This document shows positions 9,786-19,628 of a DNA stretch of 64,000 nucleotides, piece after piece. This DNA comes from Gemmatimonadota bacterium. Its GTDB lineage: Bacteria; Latescibacterota; UBA2968; UBA8231. The position numbers were made by a program, and so were the translations under genes. The DNA lies in the NCBI GenBank assembly GCA_038128265.1, contig JAYPJE010000015.1, positions 1 through 64,000 on the forward strand, written 5' to 3'. The notes under the pieces are model-generated. The model worked only from the letters and a program-made list of their open reading frames with translations. It did no database searches and was not told the DNA's origin. The number at the start of each line of letters is the position of its first letter. Positions within the stretch are counted from its first letter, which is position 1.

Positions 9786-10597
9786 TAGAAAGGCACCTCA
9801 TCGTTGAATATTTGCGTGCGTTTCATAATGCGGCGCTGCTGAGCGGGAAAGGGTAAGCGGCGGTGCATGGTGGGGCGGTTGTCCCAGAGCACCAAGTCGC
9901 CGATGCGCCACTCGTGCGTCCATACAAAGCGCGGTTGGTCTAAATGTGCGTAGAGCGCAGAGAGCAGCTGCGCGCTTTCTTTTTCTTCCATACCGACTAC
10001 GTACTTGGTCAGATGCGGTCCTACGTAGAGCGATTGGCTTCCCGTTTCGGGATGAGTGCGCACGATGGGATGGTCGATCATCTCGGGGGGATTTTGCTCT
10101 TCGACGTAGTGGCGGTGCACGGCGCGCAGGCCGGTCAGCCGCTCTTTCATCGACTCATCGAGGCTGGCGTAGGCGGCCGTGCAGTTGCACCATTGGGTCT
10201 GTCCACCCTGGTCGGGTATTTCCACTGCGTAGAGCACCGAGAGCGTGCCTGGCTGGCGCAGGTAGGAAAGATCTGAGTGAAAAGACACCTCGCCGTGGCC
10301 TAGTGCGCCGATCGGTTCGCCGTTTTCTTTAACATTGGAAATGATAAAAATCTCCGGCACCGGGCGCGGGCGCTGTTTGCGCACGTGCTCTACGGGTTCG
10401 CCAAAGTAGCTGGTAAAGCGCACTTGGTCTTCCTCGCTGATACGCTGGTCGCGAAAAAATACCACGCCGTGGTCGAGCAGCGCAGCGCGCACCTGTGCAA
10501 CCTGCTCGACTGTCAGCGGCTGAGTAAGGTCTGCGCCTTTGATCTCGGCACCGAGTGCGCCGCCCGTGGGAATAGCGTGCAGTGTTCCTGTCGTCAT
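9785..10597 (-). CDS. TauD/TfdA-family Fe(II)/2-oxoglutarate dioxygenase
   Basis: Motifs LGAEIKG, HGVVFFRDQ, FHSD, HPIVRTHPETG and WDNRPTMHR. Start at MTTGTLH. Confidence 0.9.
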   Translation of the reverse strand: MTTGTLHAIPTGGALGAEIKGADLTQPLTVEQVAQVRAALLDHGVVFFRDQRISEEDQVRFTSYFGEPVEHVRKQRPRPVPEIFIISNVKENGEPIGALGHGEVSFHSDLSYLRQPGTLSVLYAVEIPDQGGQTQWCNCTAAYASLDESMKERLTGLRAVHRHYVEEQNPPEMIDHPIVRTHPETGSQSLYVGPHLTKYVVGMEEKESAQLLSALYAHLDQPRFVWTHEWRIGDLVLWDNRPTMHRRLPFPAQQRRIMKRTQIFNDEVPF

Positions 10598-10775
10598 AGT
10601 GTGCTCGCGTAGTTTGCGCCTGCGGGGCGGTGAAATCGTGCAGACACTGCAAGAGGTTTGCAGCGCCTGTAGCGATTCGCTTTCTATGATTGTACTTGTG
10701 TCCGATGTAGCCGCTGGAGCCCGTGGCCTGTATGGCACGCATGATATCCGTTTGGTTTGGTCGGGCAGGGAGTTC

Positions 10776-12257
10776 TCAGCGGTACAATTCTACAGTGGGA
10801 TGAAACTCGACGTCGGCATCGAGTGGATACATCGGGCGCTTACAGACGCGGTGTCCCAGCGTTTTCAGATTGGCGCTGGTCGATCCAGGTGCGTCGACGT
10901 TGAAGTTTTTCTCCGACCATTCGTCAAAGAATTGTGGCTGACAGTGGGGCGATTTGACGATGATGAGGTCGTAGTCCTGTGGGTTGAGGCCGTGCGCTAT
11001 AAAGGGCGAGCGGTCGACAAAGCGAACGGAGCGACTCAGGGCGACGATCGTATAGTTGGCGCAGCGTAGGACGGCCGTAGGGCCGGCACTTTCCGGCGTG
11101 CCGGACGATTCGAGCGGATATTCGCCGTCGCCCAGCTGTTCTACGGTTACCTCTAGCTGCATAGGGGGAAAGCGCGCGTCGAGTGCCCCGCCGATTACCA
11201 CCTGCAATTTGTTGTGCAAGCCGGCCTCGTGTGCCATGAGTGCGGCGGCGGGGTCAACTATGGGAGCCAGCACCTCACCGGCAAAATCACCGTCAATAAG
11301 AGCCTGTAAAAGGGCATTGCTATCGCCCGTGGCGCCCGAAGAAGTGGCGTCGGCTGCATCGGTAAAGATGACGGGGCCGGGCATCTCGCTGGCCTGACGG
11401 ACGGCTTCGTCCATTTCGATGAGTACCGGCTGCATTTGGGCACGGCGCTCCCAGAAGGCCTGCGCCATGTGCAGCGCCTCGGCTTCGGCTAGCTCGGGCT
11501 GGTCGTCGGTGACGACTACGGACTGGCAGCAGAGTTCGGGCACATCGGTAAAGGGGTTGCCGATAATCATACCAGCGGCCAGCACGCGCGAATCCTTTTC
11601 GAGGTCCTGTGCGTAGCGAATGGATTCACCGTAGACACCCGTGGCGGTAATCAGTTCGTCGCCGCGGACGAGGGCGGGCACCTTGACGCGCGCAACGACG
11701 GGTTTGGCCCCGCGCAGAACCTTTATCAGCAGTTCGGCGGCCCGTCGGCCCGTATCGGCAAAGTCGACGTGTGGGTAAGTGTGGTAAAGGGCGAGGCCGT
11801 TGCTATTATCCAACATTTTTTGCGTGAGAATGCCGTGCAGGTCGAGTGACAGCACGATGGGCACGCTCGGTCCGAGCAGGCGGCGTGCCTCGGCCAGCAG
11901 ATAGCCTTCGGGGTCCATCTCCTCCGTGCAGCCCATGGCTCCGTGCAGGCAAAAGTAGAGGGCATCTGCACTGGCGGCGTGCGCTTCGAGGGCATGGGAA
12001 AACTCGGCGGCAATGCGCTCAAAGCTCTCCTGGTTGAGCGGTCCAGCCGAGTTGGAACGGGCGCCGTAAATGGGCACGGCTTCGATGTCGGGATCGGCGC
12101 GAAAGGCATCGAGCGCTCCGCGCACCTCTGTGCCCTTGCCGTCGTGATAGGCCAGCAGCTCGGCGCCGTAGTTTATGGTGAAATAGTCGTAGGTAGAGTC
12201 GACTGGGTTGAACGAAGAAATTTCTTGCTTGCACTCGGCGACGAGAATTTTCGGCAT
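10776..12257 (-). CDS. M81 family metallopeptidase (MlrC-like)
   Basis: Motifs QEISSFNP, LHGAM, SLDLHG and YHTYPHVD. Confidence 0.9.
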   Translation of the reverse strand: MPKILVAECKQEISSFNPVDSTYDYFTINYGAELLAYHDGKGTEVRGALDAFRADPDIEAVPIYGARSNSAGPLNQESFERIAAEFSHALEAHAASADALYFCLHGAMGCTEEMDPEGYLLAEARRLLGPSVPIVLSLDLHGILTQKMLDNSNGLALYHTYPHVDFADTGRRAAELLIKVLRGAKPVVARVKVPALVRGDELITATGVYGESIRYAQDLEKDSRVLAAGMIIGNPFTDVPELCCQSVVVTDDQPELAEAEALHMAQAFWERRAQMQPVLIEMDEAVRQASEMPGPVIFTDAADATSSGATGDSNALLQALIDGDFAGEVLAPIVDPAAALMAHEAGLHNKLQVVIGGALDARFPPMQLEVTVEQLGDGEYPLESSGTPESAGPTAVLRCANYTIVALSRSVRFVDRSPFIAHGLNPQDYDLIIVKSPHCQPQFFDEWSEKNFNVDAPGSTSANLKTLGHRVCKRPMYPLDADVEFHPTVELYR

Positions 12258-12365
12258 GTGCGCTATCTCTCAATTAGAGACTGGTAGGAGCCGCATCGGC
12301 GCGGCTTGTATAGTAGCAACTGTGGAGCGTGCAACATCCTTTGCAGATCGCAAAGCAACAGACCG

Positions 12366-13895
12366 TTATGAAATGGGTTGCACCTGCGTGCCGTCCGATG
12401 CGTCTATCACTTCGTATCCGGCGGTGGCTATTTGATCGCGCAGTTCGTCGGCGCGAGCCCAGTCCTTGGCGGTGCGGGCGGCTGCGCGCTCCTCGACCAT
12501 TTGCAGAACGTGTTCGGGAACGGTGCGGCTTAGCTTGGGGCCTTCGGGCGCGTCTTCTATGGCGTATCCGGCGGCGGTTATTTGGTCGCGCAGTTCGTCG
12601 GCTCGGCCCCAGTCTTTGGCTGCACGTGCCGCTGCGCGCTCTTGGGCGAGGGCGAGGATATCGGCTGGTGCCGCGTCCTCCGCAGGTGGTTGCCAATTGG
12701 CCAGGTCTAGACCGAGTATTCGGTCAAAGTGCAGCAGCGTGGCCTTTTTGCAGCCGTCGGCTAAGTCGCTGCCGACCAATTCCCAAACCAGCGCTAGCAC
12801 GCGCGGCATATTGAGGTCGTCTTCGACGCGTTCGCGAAAGCGCGCAACAAAATCCTCGTCTTCGGCCGTCGGTTCGCCCCACGCGTGTGCGGTAACGCGC
12901 AGGCGATCAAAGGCGGTGGCTGCGGCGTCGAGACTTTCCCAGGCGAAAGTGAGCTTGGCGCGGTAGCGTGCACCGAGGCAGAAAAAGCGATAGGCGAGCG
13001 GGTCGTAGCCGCGGTCGACCAGCGTCTGCAGGCGCAGAAAGTCACCGCTCGATTTGGACATCTTTTCTCCGCCCAGCTGCAAGAAGGCGCCGTGCACCCA
13101 GAAGTTGGCCAGGCGCGTGCCGTAGCAGGCTTGGGCCTGGGCAATTTCGTTGGTGTGGTGCACGGGGATGTGGTCTTCGCCGCCGCAGTGAATGTCGAAG
13201 TACTCGCCGAGATACTTAGCCGACATGGCGCTGCACTCAATGTGCCAGCCGGGAAAGCCAATGCCCCAGGGGCTCTCCCATTCCATCTGGCGCTTTTCGT
13301 CAACGGGGCTAAATTTCCACAGTGCGAAATCGGTTATTTTGCGTTTGTCGCCCAATTCGACGCGCGCTCCAGCCTGCAGGCCTTCGATATCCAGGCGCGC
13401 CAGGTACCCGTATTCATCGAGTTTCTCCGTGTCGAAATAGACGCCGTCAGAGGTGCTATAGGCATAGCCCTTTTCCTCAATGGTGCGCACGGCGCCGATT
13501 TGCTCTTCGATGTGGTCGGTGGCCCGGCACCAGATGTGCGGTTCGAGCACGTTGAGCAGGCGTAAATCCTCTTTAAATACGTCGGTGTAGAGCGCGGCCA
13601 ATTCCCAGGCCGTCTTACCCTGGCGCTGGGCGCTGGCTTCCATTTTATCCTGCCCCGTATCGCCGTCTGAGGTCAGGTGGCCAACGTCGGTGATGTTGAC
13701 GACGTGCTTTACCTCGTAGCCGCTGTATTCGAGCGCGCGGCGCAGAATATCTTCGAAGATATAGGTGCGCAAGTTGCCTATGTGCTGGTAGTTGTAGACG
13801 GTGGGACCGCAGCCGTAGAGGCCGACGTGGGGCGGATTGAGCGGGGCAAAGGGGCGCGCCTGGCGCTCGTAGGTGTCGTATAGGTGCAGTGTCAT
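12366..13895 (-). CDS. cysS: Cysteine--tRNA ligase with duplicated C-terminal module
   Basis: Motifs CGPTVY, HIGN, GFPGWHIECSAMS, DIHCGGEDH and KMSKS. Confidence 0.97.
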   Translation of the reverse strand: MTLHLYDTYERQARPFAPLNPPHVGLYGCGPTVYNYQHIGNLRTYIFEDILRRALEYSGYEVKHVVNITDVGHLTSDGDTGQDKMEASAQRQGKTAWELAALYTDVFKEDLRLLNVLEPHIWCRATDHIEEQIGAVRTIEEKGYAYSTSDGVYFDTEKLDEYGYLARLDIEGLQAGARVELGDKRKITDFALWKFSPVDEKRQMEWESPWGIGFPGWHIECSAMSAKYLGEYFDIHCGGEDHIPVHHTNEIAQAQACYGTRLANFWVHGAFLQLGGEKMSKSSGDFLRLQTLVDRGYDPLAYRFFCLGARYRAKLTFAWESLDAAATAFDRLRVTAHAWGEPTAEDEDFVARFRERVEDDLNMPRVLALVWELVGSDLADGCKKATLLHFDRILGLDLANWQPPAEDAAPADILALAQERAAARAAKDWGRADELRDQITAAGYAIEDAPEGPKLSRTVPEHVLQMVEERAAARTAKDWARADELRDQIATAGYEVIDASDGTQVQPIS

Positions 13896-13999
13896 AAACT
13901 CGGTTTGTGTCCTCTTGGCATAGATGATTCTAGGGGAGCAAGGTATAAAAACTGCCGTACTGAGCCGCGTGGCGCAAGGTATGGCGGATCCATCATTTG

Positions 14000-14818
14000 C
14001 TATCGGTAGCGCTGCTCCGGCGCAAAGCGGTGATCGCCTAGAACCTGCGTGAGGCGCGGGTCGGCTCCGTCTACCAGTGCATCGGCCACGTCGTAGCGGA
14101 TGTAGGCGTTATAGCGAGGAAATGCCCAGCGCGGACCGTACTGCTGCTGCAGCAAATAGCGCACGCGCGTCGAGCGATTGGGCGCGCCGCGGTGCCAGCA
14201 CTGCGAGTTGTGCAGGTAGATATCGCCGGCGTTGCAGTAGATGTCGCGTGGTCCGCGGCCTTCGAAATACGGCGTTCCTTCGCCCGTTGGGTGGCGGCCG
14301 GAATAGTGGCTGCCGGGCACATACTGGGTTGGGCCGTGCTCGTCCGTTTCGATGTCGGTAAGGGCGATCTGCACCGTCAGCCACAGAATGGGCATGTCAA
14401 TGCGCGGGTCGTGGCGCGGCACGTCGTCGGGCAGCGGGAAAAATAGGGCGTCGTCCACGTGCCAGCGATCGATGGCATTGCTGGTATCGGTGCGCAGCAC
14501 GTTCATACCGCACTGCTGGAAACCCGGTCCAAAAATAGCCTCCATTAGGCTGAAAATGGGCTCGCGTATCAGCAGGTCGCAAAAGAGCGGATCGAGTTCG
14601 TTGCAGTGGCGCAGAATAAAGTGGCGCTGGATATAGCCGCCCTCGTCGAGGGCGCTGTCGGCCATCAGGGCGTCGGTCTTATCGCGCAGGGCCTCGACCT
14701 CGCCCGCGCTGAGCACGTTGGGAATAACGACAAAGCCATCGCGCTTAAAGTCGGCGATAATGGCGCCCATTTGTTCGGCGGAAAAGGCCTTGCCTGGAAG
14801 TATGGCCGTGCGCGGCAT
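14000..14818 (-). CDS. Phytanoyl-CoA dioxygenase (PhyH) family protein
   Basis: Motifs FKRDGFVVI, WHVD, GPTQYVPGSH and WHRG. Start at MPRTAIL. Confidence 0.9.
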   Translation of the reverse strand: MPRTAILPGKAFSAEQMGAIIADFKRDGFVVIPNVLSAGEVEALRDKTDALMADSALDEGGYIQRHFILRHCNELDPLFCDLLIREPIFSLMEAIFGPGFQQCGMNVLRTDTSNAIDRWHVDDALFFPLPDDVPRHDPRIDMPILWLTVQIALTDIETDEHGPTQYVPGSHYSGRHPTGEGTPYFEGRGPRDIYCNAGDIYLHNSQCWHRGAPNRSTRVRYLLQQQYGPRWAFPRYNAYIRYDVADALVDGADPRLTQVLGDHRFAPEQRYR

Positions 14819-14894
14819 GGTAGAGAATTCCTTTGCTATTGGCGCAGTCGCGCGCTGGGCTGCGCCTGCGGAGTGTTGTGCGTATATCCGCAGC

Positions 14895-15710
14895 TCAGAT
14901 GATAACGCCGTCGTCGCTGCTCTGCGCATCGTCGCCAAACGCAGTGCGCAGTGCGTCGAGGTCGGCTTTGGCCTTCTGGCGGTAAAAGTGCACGTCGCCC
15001 GCGTGCACTACAAAGTTGCCGCCCGCCCTGATCCACTCGATTTCGGCATCGAGCTTCTCCTGAAAGTAGTGGATCCCGGCACCCTTACCGGCAGCGCGTG
15101 CCTTGCCGAAGATGGTGCGCACGGCCTCGTCAAAGCGCGGATGGTCGTACTGTTCGGGAATGCCCAGGCTGCAGGACAGGTCGTGCGGTCCGATGAGCAC
15201 GGCGTCGAGACCGTCGATGGCCAGCAGGGCATCTAGATTTTCTATGGCCGGCACGCTTTCGATATTGGCCACGGCGATGCTTGACTCGTTGCGCTTTTCC
15301 AAGTAGTCGCGCAGCTCGGGCTCCAAGCTGTTGGGATCGTCGAGCGCGTCCTGTAGGCGCTGCCCTTTGAGCGGCCGATAGCGGCAGGCGCCAACCAAGT
15401 GGCGCATCTGCTCGACGGTTTCGGTATAGGGGAAAATGACGCCGGCGGCCCCGCCGTCGAGCACTTTGCAGGCCTCGTAGGGATCGGGCGACGGCACGCG
15501 CACGATGGGCGGCAGGTCAATGGCGCGATAGCCGTGGCACATCCACGACAGCGTTTCGCGGTCGTTGGGAATGTGCTCGCTATCGATAAAGACGAAGTCT
15601 AGCGGGGCGCTCTGGGCCGTGCCGATCCACAGGGTAGAGGGCGCCGAGACGAGGGTGCCGTAAACGCGTTGGCCCGCGCGCATGGCCGTGCGCAGTGCGA
15701 GTGTTTGCAT
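14895..15710 (-). CDS. HpcH/HpaI class II aldolase
   Basis: Motifs DFVFIDSEH, PIVRVP, NIES and IGPHDLS. Confidence 0.9.
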   Translation of the reverse strand: MQTLALRTAMRAGQRVYGTLVSAPSTLWIGTAQSAPLDFVFIDSEHIPNDRETLSWMCHGYRAIDLPPIVRVPSPDPYEACKVLDGGAAGVIFPYTETVEQMRHLVGACRYRPLKGQRLQDALDDPNSLEPELRDYLEKRNESSIAVANIESVPAIENLDALLAIDGLDAVLIGPHDLSCSLGIPEQYDHPRFDEAVRTIFGKARAAGKGAGIHYFQEKLDAEIEWIRAGGNFVVHAGDVHFYRQKAKADLDALRTAFGDDAQSSDDGVII

Positions 15711-15721
15711 GGTAGTATACC

Positions 15722-16570
15722 CTACTGTAAGAAATGGCTGGGCTTGCGGGTGCCAGCGCAGGTGAATGAAGGATCAAAGTCCTGTATGACGTCTGGCACA
15801 TCACCCGTCCACCAGCTGGGAGGCTGCGGAAAGGAAAAGACGCCGTGCCAGGCCAGCACTAGCGTGCGGCGCTGGGCGGTTTGGTTGGGCCAGGCCGCGT
15901 GCAGCAGGCGCGCATCGGCGATGATGAGATCGCCTGCCTTTAGCGGCACGTCGATGCTGTCGGGATGGTCCATAAAGACCGGGTGTTCCAGGTCGTCGAT
16001 GGCCTGAATGTCGGGCCCGTGCGCATCGGGCAGGATGTCGTGTAGGTCGATGCGCCTGCGGTGCGTGCCGGGAATAACGCGCAGGCAGCCGTTCTCGCGC
16101 GTCGTATCGCTCATATAGTACGAGAGAAAAATAACCGTTGGCCAGGGTGAGGCGGCCTCCGGATGGTTCCAGTTCATAAAGTCCTGGTGCCAGTAGAGCG
16201 GCGGTCCGTACGGCGGCTTGGACAGCAGAATAATATTGTCGCGCGGCTGCAGGTTTTCCAAGCCGAGCTCGGCGCAGACCTGTTTCTGCGGGGCGTAGTC
16301 GATAAGCTTTTCGACGATGGGATCGGGAAAGCTCTTCTGGTTGGTTTCGGCATTCATCTTCTCCCACAGGCGCGGGGCATAGACGTGGATGTCGCTGCCC
16401 TGGTAGCGGTATCTGGGGTCCACCGGCACGGTGTCAAATACGTGCTGCGACCAGTGCTGTAACTCACCTAGCAGTGGGTCTGCGAGCAGGTTGGGCACGA
16501 TGGCATAGCCTTGTTCGACGAGTTGGTCGCGCTGGGCGCGGGCGCGTTCTGGGTCGAGTATGGGCGGCAT
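15722..16570 (-). CDS. PhyH family dioxygenase
   Basis: Motifs LYWHQD, ENGCLRVIPGTH and LLHAA. Start at MPPILD. Confidence 0.9.
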   Translation of the reverse strand: MPPILDPERARAQRDQLVEQGYAIVPNLLADPLLGELQHWSQHVFDTVPVDPRYRYQGSDIHVYAPRLWEKMNAETNQKSFPDPIVEKLIDYAPQKQVCAELGLENLQPRDNIILLSKPPYGPPLYWHQDFMNWNHPEAASPWPTVIFLSYYMSDTTRENGCLRVIPGTHRRRIDLHDILPDAHGPDIQAIDDLEHPVFMDHPDSIDVPLKAGDLIIADARLLHAAWPNQTAQRRTLVLAWHGVFSFPQPPSWWTGDVPDVIQDFDPSFTCAGTRKPSHFLQ

Positions 16571-16631
16571 GGAAATGGCCTTCAGAAAAGGGTTGTTTGC
16601 CCTTGTTGGGCAAGGTTTAATCGGTTGTAGC

Positions 16632-17411
16632 TTAGGCGTTAACCGCTTCTTCGTCGAGTGCGCGTATGCCCGGCCACTCGCGCCATATATCGGTGTAGGC
16701 GTCGCGGCCAATTTCGGAACACTCCTTATGGCGCAGGCGGAAAATAGCCGCATAGCGCACGTGTGGCGAGGCGTTGGGGGCGGCCGTGTGCACCAGCTGG
16801 TGATGGGTTATCACGACGTCGCCGGGCTGGCCCTGCAGCATGACGGGCCCCTCGGGCAATTCGACGCGGGGCATGCCCTGTTCTAGCACTTCGTGCCCGT
16901 GCTGTCTGAAGTGCGACTCAAAAAAAGTGTGCGAGCGCGGCCATACGGTAAAATTGCCGGCGTAGTCACTCGTCAGCTCGGACAACAGAAAGACGGCCAG
17001 CGCGGTAAAACCGCGATTGTAGGTGCCCTTGGCGCTGCCGTTGAGGCCGGAGCCGAGGCCGTCTAAATGGCCGTGCGGCGGGCCGGGATCGCTGGTTGGC
17101 TCAATGGGAAAGCGCAGGGCGATTTGTCCGGCGCTGACCGCCTGTAGGTTGCCCTCGCCGAGCAGCGACTCGACGAGCGGGAAAACCGGCGAGCGATTCA
17201 TCAGATCCGTAATAGCGGGTGTCTTCTGTACCTCGTTACAGTAGGACTGTGCGCGCAGGCGCGGCAGGTCGTCCTTGTTCATGCCCTCGTAGCCAAGCGA
17301 GTGGTTTACGGCGCGCAGAGCGTCGTCGATCATGACCTGCGGCACCGCGCCGCGCAGGACGGTATAGCCTAGCTCGCGGAACGCGCGCTTTTGCTGTTGG
17401 GTAAGCTGCAT
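16632..17411 (-). CDS. PhyH family dioxygenase
   Basis: Motifs FRELGY, HLD, GNFTVWPRSH and GDVVITHHQLVH. Start at MQLTQQQ. Confidence 0.85.
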   Translation of the reverse strand: MQLTQQQKRAFRELGYTVLRGAVPQVMIDDALRAVNHSLGYEGMNKDDLPRLRAQSYCNEVQKTPAITDLMNRSPVFPLVESLLGEGNLQAVSAGQIALRFPIEPTSDPGPPHGHLDGLGSGLNGSAKGTYNRGFTALAVFLLSELTSDYAGNFTVWPRSHTFFESHFRQHGHEVLEQGMPRVELPEGPVMLQGQPGDVVITHHQLVHTAAPNASPHVRYAAIFRLRHKECSEIGRDAYTDIWREWPGIRALDEEAVNA

Positions 17412-17528
17412 GGCACATGTGCTCCTATTGATATCCGCCTTCGAAAGTGACCAACGCGCTAGCAAAATAATAGCGATGGTGAATGCCGGCAATTATCTTA
17501 GTCCTCCTTCCCTAAGCGAGGAGATACC

Positions 17529-18785
17529 GTGTCGGATTCTGTGCCGCCATCGTCGGGCGGCTACTGGGTGTTGGTGCGCGATAACGCCAATTTTCGCTAC
17601 CTGTGGGCCGGTCAAATAATTAGCCTGCTCGGCGATTGGTTTAACCTGATTGCCTCGGCGGCGCTGGTCGCCGAGTTGACCAACTCCGGGCTGGCAGTGG
17701 GCAGTCTGTTTGTCGTGCGTATGCTGGCGCCGGTGCTGATCAGCCCGCTGGCTGGCGTAGCGGCCGATCGCTACAATCGCAAATACATTCTCATTGCTGC
17801 CGACATAGGCCGTTTTTTTACCGCCGCGGCGTTTTTACTCGTGCGTTCGCCCGAACACGTCTGGCTACTCTACCTGCTCTCTTTTGTGCAGTTGGGCATC
17901 GGCGGCTTTTTCTTTCCCGCGCGTTCGGCGATTTTACCCGATATTGTCAGCGAGCGATCATTGGGCGCAGCCAACGCGCTGACGTCGGCGACGTGGTCGA
18001 TCATGCTCGCGCTCGGCGCGGCGCTGGGCGGGTTGGTATCGGGCACGTGGGGTATATACCCGGCCTTTGCCATTGATGCGCTGTCGTTTGTCGTTTCGGC
18101 CCTAGTGCTATGCGGCATTCGCCTTCCATCGCAGCCTACGCTAGCCGGCGACAAGTCGCTGGGGGCTGTGCTCCGGCAGTATGTCGATGGACTGCGCTAC
18201 CTGCGTGAACACGGCGAGATCGCCCTAACTACGCTGCACAAAGCGGCGCTGGTCTTTTGCTTTGGCGCGCCGTTGGATGTGATCAACGTGGCTATCTCGC
18301 GCGAAGTTTTCACCGTGGGGCACGGAGGGGCGCTGGGGTTGGGTTTGATGTATGCCGCTGCGGGCATCGGCACGGGCCTGGGACCGATTGCCGGGCGCTA
18401 CGTTACGGGAGACCGCCTACCCGCGCTGCGCTGGAGCATTGCGCTGGGCTATGTCCTGGCGGTGGTCGGCCTGCTGATCATAGCAACGCTGCACAGCTTG
18501 GGCATCGTGCTGCTGGGCATTTTGGTGCGGGCCTGCGGCAGCGGCATTCTCTGGGTCTTTTCCACGCAGATTCTTCTGCAGACCGTGTCGCCGCACGTGC
18601 GGGGTCGCGTTTTTTCTACGGAAATCGCCTTCAGTATGCTGATGAGTGCGGCTGGTGCCAGTGCAGGAGGATATTACCTGGAGTGGCTCGGCATTGCCGG
18701 TGCGGTGCACGCGACGGCTTTTCTGACGCTGATTCCCTGTGCGCTATGGGTGGGTTGGCTGGTGGCACGGCGCGCGCGCGACTAG
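17529..18785 (+). CDS. MFS transporter
   Basis: About 12 hydrophobic segments, motif GVAADRYNRK, NFRYLW N-terminus and RGRVFS. Confidence 0.9.
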   Translation: MSDSVPPSSGGYWVLVRDNANFRYLWAGQIISLLGDWFNLIASAALVAELTNSGLAVGSLFVVRMLAPVLISPLAGVAADRYNRKYILIAADIGRFFTAAAFLLVRSPEHVWLLYLLSFVQLGIGGFFFPARSAILPDIVSERSLGAANALTSATWSIMLALGAALGGLVSGTWGIYPAFAIDALSFVVSALVLCGIRLPSQPTLAGDKSLGAVLRQYVDGLRYLREHGEIALTTLHKAALVFCFGAPLDVINVAISREVFTVGHGGALGLGLMYAAAGIGTGLGPIAGRYVTGDRLPALRWSIALGYVLAVVGLLIIATLHSLGIVLLGILVRACGSGILWVFSTQILLQTVSPHVRGRVFSTEIAFSMLMSAAGASAGGYYLEWLGIAGAVHATAFLTLIPCALWVGWLVARRARD

Positions 18786-19561
18786 GTCGAGGCCGCTGCG
18801 AGGGCGCTCTTCCAGGCGCGTGCCAGCACCGAGTAGTCGTGTCCAATCTCAATCATGTTGTAGCCCAGCGCCGCATACTGTTTGGTCTCTTCTCCCCAGG
18901 GTGGGGCAACGCCGATCATTAGGTGCACGCCCCGTGCCGTGGCGGCCTCGGCAGTGCGTGCAATGGCTTGCTGCACCTGCGGATGGCCCTTGTCTGGGCC
19001 GGGTAGGCCGATGGCGACGGAGTAGTCGGCCGGGCCAAAGAGCAGAAAATCGAGTCCTTCTACCGCGCATATCGCTTCGATATTTTCTACTGCTTCGGGT
19101 TTCTCTACCATGGCGCCGACCAGGGTCTCGGCGTTGCTCCAGGCGATCCACTCGGCGGCATTGGCCGTGCCGTACCCGCCTGAAAAGCACAGCGTGCTAA
19201 ATCCGCGCTCGCCCAGCGGTGGGAACTTGGCGGCGCGCACGGCTGCGGCGACTTCGCGCGCTTCTTTTACCTCGGGAATAATCAGGCCCAGGGCACCCAC
19301 TTCGAGCGCCTTGCGCGCTAGGGAGGGTTCGTCCTTGTCGATGCGCACGATGGGCGCGCAGCCGCTGAGCAGGGCGGCGCGCACGACGTGCTCAAGGCTC
19401 TCGTCCTGGCGCCAGGCGTGCTCGTTGTCGATGCGCACAAAGTCAAAACCGCAGGTGCCGGCCAGGCCCGCCATATGCGGACTAAACGAGCAGATGCAGG
19501 TGCCGTAGACCGCTTCGCCGCGCGCCAGTTTTTCTCTGAGGGGATTGGGCTGGTAATTCAT
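18782..19561 (-). CDS. HpcH/HpaI class II aldolase
   Basis: Motifs GFDFVRIDNEH, KFPPLGERG, MVEK and FGPADYS. Confidence 0.9.
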   Translation of the reverse strand: MNYQPNPLREKLARGEAVYGTCICSFSPHMAGLAGTCGFDFVRIDNEHAWRQDESLEHVVRAALLSGCAPIVRIDKDEPSLARKALEVGALGLIIPEVKEAREVAAAVRAAKFPPLGERGFSTLCFSGGYGTANAAEWIAWSNAETLVGAMVEKPEAVENIEAICAVEGLDFLLFGPADYSVAIGLPGPDKGHPQVQQAIARTAEAATARGVHLMIGVAPPWGEETKQYAALGYNMIEIGHDYSVLARAWKSALAAAST

Positions 19562-19628
19562 GGTCTATTTCTCGCCATTGGTTGAATTGCAGGGGGTAAT
19601 ATAGGGTAGCAAGCGAGCGTGCGCTCTG

